A stretch of DNA of 32,000 nt from Isorropodon fossajaponicum endosymbiont JTNG4. GTDB lineage: Bacteria; Pseudomonadota; Gammaproteobacteria; PS1; Pseudothioglobaceae. The translations under genes were made by a program, and so were the position numbers. The DNA lies in contig NZ_AP013043.1 of NCBI RefSeq assembly GCF_016592615.1, positions 480,001-512,000 of the forward strand, given 5' to 3'. The notes under the pieces are model-generated. The model was not told where the DNA came from. It saw only the letters and a list, made by a program, of their open reading frames with translations, and searched no databases. Below are positions 8,033-17,404 of this stretch, piece after piece. Each line of letters starts with the position of its first letter. Within the stretch, counting starts at the first letter, position 1.

Positions 8033-9106
8033 ATGGCTGAAGCACCAAGAATGCCTATCGAATCAGGTTGCCCTGATCCTATTCAATACATGCACCCGAC
8101 GATGCGTCGTAACTACGGACAGTGGGCTTATCACGACCGTCCTCGTCCAGGTGTATTACACCACACTTCAAAAAATAATGAAGAAGTTTGGACAGTTCGC
8201 TGTGGCACTGCGCGTCAAATGGATGTTTATACCATTAGAAAATTAGCTGATATTGCTGATGAATTTGCAGATGGCTTTGTTCGTTTTACCATACGCTCTA
8301 ATGTTGAGTACATGGTAGCTGATGGCACAAAAGTTGAACCGTTAATTGTGGCGTTAACTGAAGCAGGTTTTCCTGTAGGTGGCACAGGTCCATCGGTAAC
8401 TATGATTTCACACACCCAAGGTTGGTTGCATTGTGATATTCCAGGTACAGACGCCTCGGGTATTGTGAAGTCACTCATGGATGAATTGCATGAGGAATTT
8501 ACTAGAGAAGAGATGCCTAATCGTGTGCACATGACCACTTCTTGTTGTCAAATTAACTGTGGTGGTCAAGGTGATATCGCACTTAATATTCAACACACTA
8601 AACCACCTAAAATCAATCATGATTTAGTGGCTAATGTGTGTGAGCGTCCAACTGTTGTTGCGCGTTGTCCAGTTGCCGCGATTCGTCCTGCGATGGTTAA
8701 TGGCAAGCCAACATTGGAAGTTGATGAGAAGAAATGTATCTGTTGTGGTGCGTGTTTTCCACCATGTCCGCCGATGCAAATCAATGATCCTGAGCATTCT
8801 AAAATTGCTTTATGGATTGGTGGTAAGAGCTCAAATGCGAGATCTAAGCCTTCGTTTCATAAATTAGTTGCTTCTAATTTACCCAACAACCCACCAAGAT
8901 GGCCAGAAGTTGGTGCTGTGGTTAAGAATATCTTATCTGTTTATAAAGACGATGCTCGTGATTGGGAAAGAATGGGCGAATGGGTTGATCGTATTGGTTG
9001 GCCAGCGTTTTTTGAAAAAACAGGCTTACCGTTTACTAAATTCCATATCAATGATTGGAAAGGTACGCGTCATGAGTTGAATTCTTCTGCACATATTCGT
9101 TTCTAA
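8033..9106 (+). CDS. dsrB: Reverse-type dissimilatory sulfite reductase beta subunit
   Basis: 357 aa with an AGGAG RBS. Motifs HTQGWLHCDIPGTD, SCCQINCGG, CPVAAI...KKCICCGACFPPCP. Confidence 0.95.
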   Translation: MAEAPRMPIESGCPDPIQYMHPTMRRNYGQWAYHDRPRPGVLHHTSKNNEEVWTVRCGTARQMDVYTIRKLADIADEFADGFVRFTIRSNVEYMVADGTKVEPLIVALTEAGFPVGGTGPSVTMISHTQGWLHCDIPGTDASGIVKSLMDELHEEFTREEMPNRVHMTTSCCQINCGGQGDIALNIQHTKPPKINHDLVANVCERPTVVARCPVAAIRPAMVNGKPTLEVDEKKCICCGACFPPCPPMQINDPEHSKIALWIGGKSSNARSKPSFHKLVASNLPNNPPRWPEVGAVVKNILSVYKDDARDWERMGEWVDRIGWPAFFEKTGLPFTKFHINDWKGTRHELNSSAHIRF

Positions 9107-9118
9107 ATATCGATTATT

Positions 9119-9520
9119 ATGAAGATTTCTATTCAAATTAACGAAGGGCCGTATCAGCATCAAGCATCTGATACGGCGTATCAATTTGCTAAAGCAGCGA
9201 TTGAAAAAGGCCATGAAATTTTTCGTGTATTTTTCTATCATGATGGTGTGAATAATGCATCACGCTTTACATTGCCACCACAAGATGATCGCAATGTTAT
9301 TAATCAGTGGGCAGAGTTAGGCATTAAGAACGCCGATGGCGAGCCTGAACTTGTTGTGTGTATAGCAGCAGCACTTCGTCGCGGTATGCTAGATGAATCT
9401 GAGGCGAGTAAGAATGGTATTGATGGTAATAACCTTCACCCAGCGTTTCGCATTTCTGGCTTAGGTCAGTTGATTGAAGCGGGCATTCAGTCCGATCGTT
9501 TAGTGGTATTTGGAGATTAA
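9119..9520 (+). CDS. dsrE: Sulfur-transferase complex subunit DsrE (TusD homologue)
   Basis: 133 aa in the DsrE/TusD family with active-site region VVCIAAALRRG. Its position after dsrB supports the call. Confidence 0.9.
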   Translation: MKISIQINEGPYQHQASDTAYQFAKAAIEKGHEIFRVFFYHDGVNNASRFTLPPQDDRNVINQWAELGIKNADGEPELVVCIAAALRRGMLDESEASKNGIDGNNLHPAFRISGLGQLIEAGIQSDRLVVFGD

Positions 9521-9521
9521 A

Positions 9522-9926
9522 ATGGCAACTAAGAAATTTATGTATTTAAATCGCCGTTCTTCATTTGGTACGGTGTATGCAATTGAATCGTTAGAAGTGG
9601 TGTTAATTGCTGCAGCATTTGAACAAGATGTCTCTTTAGCTTTTATTGATGATGGCGTATACCAAATTGTTGAAGGGCAAAATGCCGACGGCATTGGCAT
9701 GAGGAATTTTTCTAAAACTTTCCATGCATTGGGTGATTATGACATTAATAAGCTTTATGTATCAGCAGAATCTTTAGAAGAAAGAGGATTAAGTGCAGAT
9801 GATTTAATGCCTTTAGTGTATGAAGATGAAGACGATGATTGGGCAGAAAAACCAAGCGTTAAAGTGGTTTCTAATGTTGAGCTTTCAAAAATTATGTCTG
9901 AACAAGACGTATGTCTAAGTTTCTAA
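9522..9926 (+). CDS. dsrF: DsrF (TusC homologue)
   Basis: ATG 9522 lies 6 nt after GGAG and directly after the dsrE stop (the ORF track begins at TTG 9510). MATKKFMYLNRRSSFGT... is DsrF/TusC-like. Confidence 0.88.
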   Translation: MATKKFMYLNRRSSFGTVYAIESLEVVLIAAAFEQDVSLAFIDDGVYQIVEGQNADGIGMRNFSKTFHALGDYDINKLYVSAESLEERGLSADDLMPLVYEDEDDDWAEKPSVKVVSNVELSKIMSEQDVCLSF

Positions 9927-9938
9927 GGGGGATTGAAT

Positions 9939-10235
9939 ATGTTACACACTGTTAATAAATCATCTTTCGAACGAAATTCACTCAAATCTTGCCTTAATAC
10001 AATTGATGACACAAGTGTTATTTTATTAATTGAAGATGGTGTTATTTCTGCTGCGAAAAATACTAACTCACCAATGATTGCTGACCTTGCCGCTCAAGGT
10101 AGAGTTTATGCGCTTCAAGGTGACGTTGAAGCAAGAGGAATCTCTTCAAAACTTGCCGATAATATCAAATTAGTTGATTATGCAGGCTTTGTTGATTTGG
10201 TTGTTGAACATGGAACTGCGGTTTCTTGGGTTTAA
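9939..10235 (+). CDS. dsrH: DsrH (TusB homologue)
   Basis: ATG 9939 follows GGGGGA (the ORF track begins at TTG 9933). It is about 98 aa, carries the conserved Cys in LKSCLNTI, and sits in the expected context. Confidence 0.85.
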   Translation: MLHTVNKSSFERNSLKSCLNTIDDTSVILLIEDGVISAAKNTNSPMIADLAAQGRVYALQGDVEARGISSKLADNIKLVDYAGFVDLVVEHGTAVSWV

Positions 10236-10261
10236 CTTAAATTTTTATATAGGAGTAAAAA

Positions 10262-10585
10262 ATGGCTGATATTTTAGGCGCAGAAGTAGATGAGGAAGGT
10301 TTCTTGGTAGATTTGGGCGATTGGACCAAAGAAATTGCTGAGCAAATGGCAAAGGATGACGATGTTGATTTAAGCGACGAGCATTGGGATGTAATTAATT
10401 TCTTACGTGATTATTTTGAAGAGTACCAAATTGCACCTGCAGTGCGCGTATTAACCAAAGCAATCGCTAAAAGAATGGGTAAAGACAAAGGTAACTCTAA
10501 ATATTTGTACTCTTTGTTTCCATATGGTCCTGGTAAGCAAGGTTGTCGTTTCGCTGGATTGCCAAAACCAACTGGCTGTATTTAA
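10262..10585 (+). CDS. dsrC: DsrC, sulfur-carrier substrate protein of DsrAB
   Basis: 107 aa. The C-terminal arm GCRFAGLPKPTGCI has the two conserved cysteines in CX10C spacing, the second one penultimate. AGGAG RBS. Confidence 0.93.
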   Translation: MADILGAEVDEEGFLVDLGDWTKEIAEQMAKDDDVDLSDEHWDVINFLRDYFEEYQIAPAVRVLTKAIAKRMGKDKGNSKYLYSLFPYGPGKQGCRFAGLPKPTGCI

Positions 10586-10600
10586 GTCAATACAAGCAAT

Positions 10601-10630
10601 AAAAACACCTGCTTTAGTGGGTGTTTTTTT
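10601..10630 (+). terminator. Intra-operon hairpin with U-tract after dsrC (probable partial terminator)
   Basis: AAAAACACC (10601-10609) pairs with GGTGTTTTT (10620-10628) around a 10-nt loop, and the T run extends to 10630. It sits 16 nt after the dsrC stop and 30 nt before dsrM. Confidence 0.5.
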
Positions 10631-10660
10631 AATATTTTAACCATTTAATTTGAGAGAAAT

Positions 10661-11434
10661 ATGTCTGTAATAAGCATTTTTTTTACCGCTTTATTTTATA
10701 TTTCATTAATTGTATTTCTTGTAGGAATGGCGAGAAAAATTTATCAATTTTGGATAACTCCAGCTCCCCTTAAAATTCCTACTGCGCCAACCCCATTAAC
10801 ACAAACAGGTGTGGTTATGCGCATGATGCGTGAGGTGGTTTTATTTGAAAGTCTGTTCAAATCAAATAAATGGATCTGGTTATTTGGCTGGTTGTTTCAT
10901 TTCGGCCTATTATTGGTTTTAATTCGCCATATACGTTATTTTTGGCCAGATGACTTACCCGATATCTTTTTATTAACCCAGCCATTTAAGTATGCTGCTT
11001 TTGCCATGGTGATTGGTCTTGTTGGGCTTATGTTACGCCGTATTTTTGTTGAACGTATTCGTTATATTTCAGCACCGAGTGATTATTTAATGTTAATTAT
11101 GTTACTCATTATTGGCGTGAGTGGCGCTGTGATGACATTTACCAGCAATCATACAGACATTATTATGGTCAAGGAATTTGCCTCAGGATTAGTCAGTTTT
11201 AATTGGGCAAACCTACCAACAGAGGTGCATTTTTTAGTACATATTTTCTTGGTATTTGTGCTGATGGCAATTTTCCCAATTTCTAAATTATTACACGTTC
11301 CAGGTATTTTCTTTAGTCCAACACTAAATCAGGTGGACGATGCTCGCTTAAAGCGCCATATTTCACCTTGGGCACTCAAGCAAGAACAAGAACATGCAAC
11401 ACGACTAGAACAAACTTTAGGTAAGGATGAATAA
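10661..11434 (+). CDS. dsrM: DsrM, membrane dihaem cytochrome b (NarI-like)
   Basis: 257 aa, about 5 predicted TM helices with conserved His residues. Its position upstream of dsrK supports the call. Confidence 0.88.
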   Translation: MSVISIFFTALFYISLIVFLVGMARKIYQFWITPAPLKIPTAPTPLTQTGVVMRMMREVVLFESLFKSNKWIWLFGWLFHFGLLLVLIRHIRYFWPDDLPDIFLLTQPFKYAAFAMVIGLVGLMLRRIFVERIRYISAPSDYLMLIMLLIIGVSGAVMTFTSNHTDIIMVKEFASGLVSFNWANLPTEVHFLVHIFLVFVLMAIFPISKLLHVPGIFFSPTLNQVDDARLKRHISPWALKQEQEHATRLEQTLGKDE

Positions 11435-11435
11435 T

Positions 11436-13037
11436 ATGGCAAAAGGATTTGACATTCCAGTATTACCCACTTATCTTGAAATTCCTGAGTTAAAAGAAGG
11501 TATTATGGATGGCGAGGGTCCGTTCAAATCCGTACAAGAATTTCAAAATCCATTAGGCTTTCCTGGTGAAAAAGTAGACAATTGGCAGCAAGTTGCTATT
11601 GATAAAATGGGCGAACTTAAGTCTAAATATCGCTCTGTACAAGTGTTTTTAGATTCGTGTGTTAAATGTGGCGCTTGTACTGATAAGTGTCATTACTTTT
11701 TGGGCTCTTCAGATCCGAAAAATATGCCAGTTGCACGCCAAGATTTATTTAGAAGTGTGTATCGTCGCCATTTTACCTTTGCAGGTAAATACTTCCCTAA
11801 ATTGGTAGGCGCTAAAGAATTAGACGATGATATGTTGGATGATTGGTATAACTATTTTCATCAGTGTTCACAATGTCGTCGCTGCTCAGTATTTTGTCCA
11901 TACGGCATTGACACAGCTGAAATTTCAATGGCAGCTCGCGAAGTGATGGATGCGGTTGGCATAGGTCAAAAATATTGTAATCAAATTTTAGGCAAAGCTT
12001 TAACCATTGGTAATAACTTAGGCTTGCCTGAGCCTGCTTTGCGTGATACATTGCTTGATCTTGAAGAAGAAATTGAAGAAGAAACAGGCGGAGTTGCTGT
12101 TAAATACCCCTTAGACCAAAAAGGGGCAGAAATTTTATTAATTACCCCATCGGCAGACTTTTTTGCTGAACCTCATATTGATGGTTTAATCGGTTATGGT
12201 AAGGTATTTCATCAAGACGGTGTTAGTTGGACGCTAAGTTCATATGCCTCTGAAGGTGCAAACTTTGGTATGTTTATTGGCTCTTATGATGTGATGCGTA
12301 AGGCTGCTTTGCGTATTCGCAAGGCTGCACTTGATTTAGAAGTGTCACGGGTTATGGTGGGTGAGTGTGGACATGCCTGGCGTGTTGCTTATAGTTTTTG
12401 GAATACTCTAACGGGCGTAGGGGCGGGGGCTACTGATGAATTTGCTCAAAAATTACAAGACCAATTAGATCATCGTTATCCGCAACCACAACATATTATT
12501 GAATACACTCATGACTTAATTCAAAGAGGTAAATTATCTTTTGATAAATCTGCTAATGATGATCGCACGGTTACTTTTCATGATTCATGCAATGTTGCCC
12601 GTGCAACCAATATGGGTGGCATTCCAGGTGGTCAATTTATTTTGCCACGTGACGTTATTAAAGCTGTGTGTAATAATTATGTTGATATGGAGCGTAGCAC
12701 AATTAAGGAGGCTACTTTTTGTTGCGGTGGCGGTGGTGGCTTATTAACAGACGATTTAATGGAAATTCGTGTGAAAGGTGCAATGCCAAGAATGCAAGCA
12801 CTGAAAGCGGTTGCGAAAGATAACGGCGTTAATACACTGGCTGCTATTTGTGCCATTTGCAAGTCGCAATTTTCTAAAGTACTACCTAAATTTGATTTTG
12901 ACCCATACATGATTGTGAGTGTTCACCAGTTAGTGAGTGAAGCAATTATTATGGATAAGCCACAAATAGCAGTCAAAAAGGACCAGCCACAAACTAATAC
13001 TGATGATGTCACACTGGCAGAAACAGCAGAAACTTAA
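11436..13037 (+). CDS. dsrK: DsrK, HdrD-like FeS protein with CCG domain
   Basis: Motifs CVKCGACTDKCHYF, CSQCRRCSVFCPYG and FCCGGGGG (CCG). I prefer ATG 11436 (AGGA 8 nt upstream). The alternative ATG 11427 overlaps the dsrM stop. Confidence 0.9.
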   Translation: MAKGFDIPVLPTYLEIPELKEGIMDGEGPFKSVQEFQNPLGFPGEKVDNWQQVAIDKMGELKSKYRSVQVFLDSCVKCGACTDKCHYFLGSSDPKNMPVARQDLFRSVYRRHFTFAGKYFPKLVGAKELDDDMLDDWYNYFHQCSQCRRCSVFCPYGIDTAEISMAAREVMDAVGIGQKYCNQILGKALTIGNNLGLPEPALRDTLLDLEEEIEEETGGVAVKYPLDQKGAEILLITPSADFFAEPHIDGLIGYGKVFHQDGVSWTLSSYASEGANFGMFIGSYDVMRKAALRIRKAALDLEVSRVMVGECGHAWRVAYSFWNTLTGVGAGATDEFAQKLQDQLDHRYPQPQHIIEYTHDLIQRGKLSFDKSANDDRTVTFHDSCNVARATNMGGIPGGQFILPRDVIKAVCNNYVDMERSTIKEATFCCGGGGGLLTDDLMEIRVKGAMPRMQALKAVAKDNGVNTLAAICAICKSQFSKVLPKFDFDPYMIVSVHQLVSEAIIMDKPQIAVKKDQPQTNTDDVTLAETAET

Positions 13038-13058
13038 ACGAATATAAGGAGATTTGAT

Positions 13059-15023
13059 ATGCAAAAGAACCCATATGGCGTACCAACTAAGGGCGACAAT
13101 CACACATTCAGATTATACACCGATGATGGTGATGAGCTAAAAACAGTGCCATGGAGTCAAAAGATTTTTAAAGAAGACACCTCTCACAAGTGTCCTACTT
13201 ATGTTACTCAAACACCACCTTGTCAAGGTTCATGCCCTTCAGGGCATAATATTCGTGGTTGGTTAGATATTGTCCGCGGTATGGAGAAGCCTTCTGGCGA
13301 CTTATCTTGGCAAGAGTACGCATTTCAACGTTCTACAGATTCAAATCCATTTCCATCAGTGATGGGTCGTGTTTGTCCAGCCCCTTGTGAAGATGGTTGT
13401 AATCGTAATGAAGTTGAAGATACGGTCGGTATTAATGCGGTTGAGCAGTTTATTGGCGATAATGCAAAAGTTGAAGGTTATACATTTAAAGTTGATGCTA
13501 AAGATACAGGCAAAAAAGTTGCCATTATTGGTGGCGGTTGTGGTGGTTTGGCAGCAGCACTTAAATTACGTCGTCAAGGTCACAGCGTAACTGTATTTGA
13601 AAAATACGACCAATTAGGTGGCATGATGATGTACGGTATTCCTGATTATCGTGTACCACGCGATGTGTTGTCTTATGAGATTGATCGTATTATCAGTACA
13701 GGCGTTGAAACTAGAATGAACACCAAAGTTGGTGTTGACGTTACTATTGACGAATTAGAAAAAGAATTTGATGCTATTTTATTTGCAATGGGTGCTATGA
13801 GTGGCCGCACGTTGCCTGTTCCAGGTGGCGAAGCAACAAATTGTGTTTCTGGTGTTGCTTTCCTTGAAGCGTACAACCAAGGTCGTTTGAAGCATATTAC
13901 AGGTAAGGTAATTTGTATTGGTGGTGGTGATACTTCAATTGACGTTGTATCCGTTGCGCGTCGTTTGGGTAATATTAGTAATGTTGCTGAAAAAGACCGT
14001 CCTGAACATATTATCTTTAGTGATACGGCGCATGATGTGGTTAATACTTCTAAGCGCTTAGGTGCAGATGTATTATTAACAACACGTTCTACTGTTGAAA
14101 ACATGCCAGCAGCACAAGAAGAAATTGATGATGCAACTCGTGAAGGTGTTGAAATTCAAGGTCAGTTGCAACCTATTGAAGTAATTATAGGAAAGGATGG
14201 TCGTGCAACTGCACTACGTATGATTCGTTTAGAAGAAGATGGAAACACGCCAATTGAAGGCTCTGAGTTTGATATTGAGTGCGAGTTGATTGTTTCTGCC
14301 ATTGGTCAAGGTGTTGATTCTGAAGGCATGGACACTTCCTTTTTTAATGAACATGGATTTATTAACGCAGATAAGAACTATCAAGTGCCTAACAAACCAG
14401 GCTTCTTTGTTTGTGGTGATGTGGTTCGTCCACACTTATTAACAACTGCTATTGGTCAAGCATCAATTGCTGCTGAAAGTATTGGTGATTATCTTCTGGG
14501 CTCTGATCAGCACACTCGTCCTAAGGTTGATGTTAGTTATTTTGATTTAATGGATAAGTTAAAAGAATGGGATCTTTCTCCTGAATCTTATGAGCAAGGT
14601 TCTGATGTTGCAGCTGCAACAGATACTGCTGATTTTGCGGTGCATAATTATGAAGATAGGGCTTTTGCCTCTATCATCCCACATACGGAATTATTCTTAG
14701 GTCATTTTGATCATGAACAACGCAATCAACGCAATCACAAATTAGTGGATGTTGATAACGTACTGGGTAATTTTGATGAGCGCTTAGTTGGCTACACTGA
14801 AGAGGAGGTTCAAAAAGAAGCAGCCCGTTGCATGTCCTGTGGCTTGTGTTTTGAGTGTGATAACTGCATTATGTATTGTCCTCAAGATGCGGTTTTTAAA
14901 GTGAAAAAAGACAAAGCAACGCTAGGTAGATATGTTGATACTGATTACAATAAGTGTATTGGCTGTCATATTTGTGCTGATGTTTGCCCGACTGGTTATA
15001 TTCAAATGGGTCTTGGTGAGTAA
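13059..15023 (+). CDS. dsrL: DsrL, GltD-like NAD(P)H oxidoreductase with C-terminal ferredoxin domain
   Basis: 654 aa. [24 protein letters not shown] and IGGGDTSIDV are paralogous to the gltD motifs. C-terminal 2x[4Fe-4S]: CMSCGLCFECDNCIMYCP and CIGCHICADVCP. AAGGAG RBS. Confidence 0.9.
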   Translation: MQKNPYGVPTKGDNHTFRLYTDDGDELKTVPWSQKIFKEDTSHKCPTYVTQTPPCQGSCPSGHNIRGWLDIVRGMEKPSGDLSWQEYAFQRSTDSNPFPSVMGRVCPAPCEDGCNRNEVEDTVGINAVEQFIGDNAKVEGYTFKVDAKDTGKKVAIIGGGCGGLAAALKLRRQGHSVTVFEKYDQLGGMMMYGIPDYRVPRDVLSYEIDRIISTGVETRMNTKVGVDVTIDELEKEFDAILFAMGAMSGRTLPVPGGEATNCVSGVAFLEAYNQGRLKHITGKVICIGGGDTSIDVVSVARRLGNISNVAEKDRPEHIIFSDTAHDVVNTSKRLGADVLLTTRSTVENMPAAQEEIDDATREGVEIQGQLQPIEVIIGKDGRATALRMIRLEEDGNTPIEGSEFDIECELIVSAIGQGVDSEGMDTSFFNEHGFINADKNYQVPNKPGFFVCGDVVRPHLLTTAIGQASIAAESIGDYLLGSDQHTRPKVDVSYFDLMDKLKEWDLSPESYEQGSDVAAATDTADFAVHNYEDRAFASIIPHTELFLGHFDHEQRNQRNHKLVDVDNVLGNFDERLVGYTEEEVQKEAARCMSCGLCFECDNCIMYCPQDAVFKVKKDKATLGRYVDTDYNKCIGCHICADVCPTGYIQMGLGE

Positions 15024-15052
15024 TTCGATTTAATCTAAGCGGAATAAAAATT

Positions 15053-15436
15053 ATGAATCGTTTGTTGGTTGTTTTTTTAAGTTTGTTGGTAGGTAGCGTT
15101 TTTGCGCATACTAACGAACATGCTAATCTCGGTGAGCAGGCCAGTTCTATTAAGGCATCTGGCAAAGTATTTCATGAGAGTGTTTCGATTATTCGAAAAA
15201 TGCATCCTGAATTTTTACGCCATAAGCGTGATAAAACTTTGCGCCAAGGTGTGCGAACGGATGAATATTCCTTAAAAGGTTGTGTGTCGTGCCATGCCAA
15301 TAAAAATAAGACAAACAACCAGTACCATTCAGTTGATAAGAAAGGTCAATTTTGTTCAGATTGTCATGAACAAGTCGGTGTTAGTCTTGATTGCTTTAGT
15401 TGTCACCGCACGATACCAAAGGAAGGTTTATTATGA
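15053..15436 (+). CDS. dsrJ: DsrJ, periplasmic trihaem cytochrome c
   Basis: 127 aa with a signal peptide (MNRLLVVFLSLLVGSVFA) and three CXXCH motifs (CVSCH, CSDCH, CFSCH). Confidence 0.9.
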   Translation: MNRLLVVFLSLLVGSVFAHTNEHANLGEQASSIKASGKVFHESVSIIRKMHPEFLRHKRDKTLRQGVRTDEYSLKGCVSCHANKNKTNNQYHSVDKKGQFCSDCHEQVGVSLDCFSCHRTIPKEGLL

Positions 15437-16164
15437 GTAAAACATTAAATCGTCGCGATTTTATCAAAACCACGAGTGCAACAACGATTGGTGTTGCTAC
15501 CGTTGCTAGTGGCATTACCTTAACAACGTTCGCCGACACTAATAAAACACCCGTGACTAATGAAAAACGCTGGGGCATGTTAATTGACACTAATAAGTTA
15601 AGCGAAGTTGATATTGATGGCATGGTTAGCGCTTGTCAAAAAGAGCAGGGCTGGGGTTCAGAGGTGCACTCAACAGGCAGTCAAAAACCAGGCTGGATTA
15701 AAAAACTAAAAGTTAAAGACAAAGCTACTGGTAGGATTAGCAATCTTGCACTGATGTGCCAACATTGTGAAGAGCCGCCTTGCGTTGATGTCTGTCCAAC
15801 AAATGCCTCTATGAAACGTGAAGATGGGATTGTATTGGTAGATAAGCATTTATGTATTGGTTGTCGTTATTGCATGATGGCTTGCCCGTATGATGCTCGC
15901 TCGTTTGTACATGAGACACTAAGCAATCAAAAAGAACACATGCCTCGCGGTAAAGGTACTGTTGAGTCTTGTACGATGTGTGTACACAAGGTTGACAAAG
16001 GTGGGATACCTGCTTGTGTTGCAAGTGCCAACAGCGATGCTGTTATTTTTGGTGATTTGTATGACGCGTCAAGCAAAATTAATCAAACCTTGAAAACGGT
16101 TCAATCTGCACAAATCAGGGCGGATCTTAATTTAAATACTGGCGTGCGTTATAGTGGTCTTTAA
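15433..16164 (+). CDS. dsrO: DsrO, periplasmic FeS protein (Tat-exported)
   Basis: ATG 15433 overlaps the dsrJ stop (ATGA). Twin-arginine signal NRRDFIK. FeS motifs CQHCEEPPCVDVCP and CIGCRYCMMACP. Confidence 0.9.
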   Translation: MSKTLNRRDFIKTTSATTIGVATVASGITLTTFADTNKTPVTNEKRWGMLIDTNKLSEVDIDGMVSACQKEQGWGSEVHSTGSQKPGWIKKLKVKDKATGRISNLALMCQHCEEPPCVDVCPTNASMKREDGIVLVDKHLCIGCRYCMMACPYDARSFVHETLSNQKEHMPRGKGTVESCTMCVHKVDKGGIPACVASANSDAVIFGDLYDASSKINQTLKTVQSAQIRADLNLNTGVRYSGL

Positions 16165-16189
16165 ATAATAAATTTAATTTGGGAATTTT

Positions 16190-17392
16190 ATGAGTAATAT
16201 TCGTTTTGAGCAAATTGAAGGAAAAAGCCTAGGGTTTTATGCGCTAATTGCAGGGCTGGGAATTTTAATTTTGGCTGCACTAGGTAGTGTGTATTATATG
16301 GAACACTATGGGCATTTTGTGACTGGTATGAACAATCGTATTGTATGGGGTATGCCACATGTGTTTGCCTTGTTTTTGATAGTAGCAGCGAGTGGTGCGC
16401 TAAACGTGGCTTCCATCTCTTCTGTGTTTAATAAAAAACTATATAAACCTTTATCTCGCTTATCTGGTTTGGTTGCGTTGTCATTATTAGCCGGTGGTTT
16501 GATGGTGTTAGTGCTTGATTTAGGTCGCCCAGATCGTTTGATTGTTGCCATGACTGAATATAATTTTAAATCAATTTTTGCTTGGAATATTATTTTATAT
16601 AATGGTTTTTTTGTGGTGGTTGCTGTTTATTTGTGGATGATGTTTGAACGTCGCATGAATAGATTTAGCCGTAAAGCTGGCTTAGTCGCTTTTGCTTGGC
16701 GCTTAATTTTAACCACGGGCACAGGTTCTATTTTTGGGTTTTTAGTTGCTAAACAGGCTTATGATGCCGTTATTATGGCACCTATGTTTATCATTATGTC
16801 TTTTGCGTTTGGTTTGGCATTTTTTATCCTTATTTTAATGGCAAGTTACCAGTGGACTAACAGACCTTTAGGGAATGTTGTGATTAATCGTTTAAGCAAC
16901 CTTTTAGGTGTGTTTATCGCAGTAGTAATGTATTTTGTAGCTGTATATCATTTGGGTAATTTGTATTTAGCAGAAAATACGGGTGTTGAAAACTTCATTC
17001 TTTTTGATGGTGGTATTTATACAAAATTATTTTGGTATGGGCAAATTATTTTAGGTGGTTTTATTCCAATGGCATTGATTTATCATCCTGCCACTAAAGG
17101 CAACCGTTCAATGTTAGGCTTGGCTTCTGTGTTGATTATTATTGGTGGACTTATTCAACTGTATGTTATTATTATTGGTGGTCAGGCTTATCCAATGGAA
17201 TTATTCCCAGGTAAAGAAATTTTAGAAGGTTATGGCGGTGTTGCTCAGTATTCAGCTTCATTACCAGAGATTTCTCTTGGTATTGGTGGTGTTGCTTTGG
17301 CAATCATTGCAGTGACATTCTTAGTTAAATTCTTAGCATTCTTGCCAGAGAGTCTGGCAGATGATGTGGCTAATCCACACCATAAAGGCTAA
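16190..17392 (+). CDS. dsrP: DsrP, NrfD/PsrC-type integral membrane protein
   Basis: 400 aa and highly hydrophobic (about 10 TM). Its position after dsrO supports the call. Confidence 0.9.
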   Translation: MSNIRFEQIEGKSLGFYALIAGLGILILAALGSVYYMEHYGHFVTGMNNRIVWGMPHVFALFLIVAASGALNVASISSVFNKKLYKPLSRLSGLVALSLLAGGLMVLVLDLGRPDRLIVAMTEYNFKSIFAWNIILYNGFFVVVAVYLWMMFERRMNRFSRKAGLVAFAWRLILTTGTGSIFGFLVAKQAYDAVIMAPMFIIMSFAFGLAFFILILMASYQWTNRPLGNVVINRLSNLLGVFIAVVMYFVAVYHLGNLYLAENTGVENFILFDGGIYTKLFWYGQIILGGFIPMALIYHPATKGNRSMLGLASVLIIIGGLIQLYVIIIGGQAYPMELFPGKEILEGYGGVAQYSASLPEISLGIGGVALAIIAVTFLVKFLAFLPESLADDVANPHHKG

Positions 17393-17404
17393 TTTGAATT
17401 TATA

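Noticed and set aside
13673-14104. Long antisense ORFs inside real genes (this one in dsrL; also 27637-28164 in oadB, 5474-5878 and 5761-6063 in gltD, 7560-7862 in dsrA, 8227-8538 in dsrB, 16306-16551 in dsrP)
   Set aside because: Each lies fully within, and opposite to, a gene with unambiguous family motifs. Their low-complexity S/T/P/I-rich translations are typical of antisense frames.
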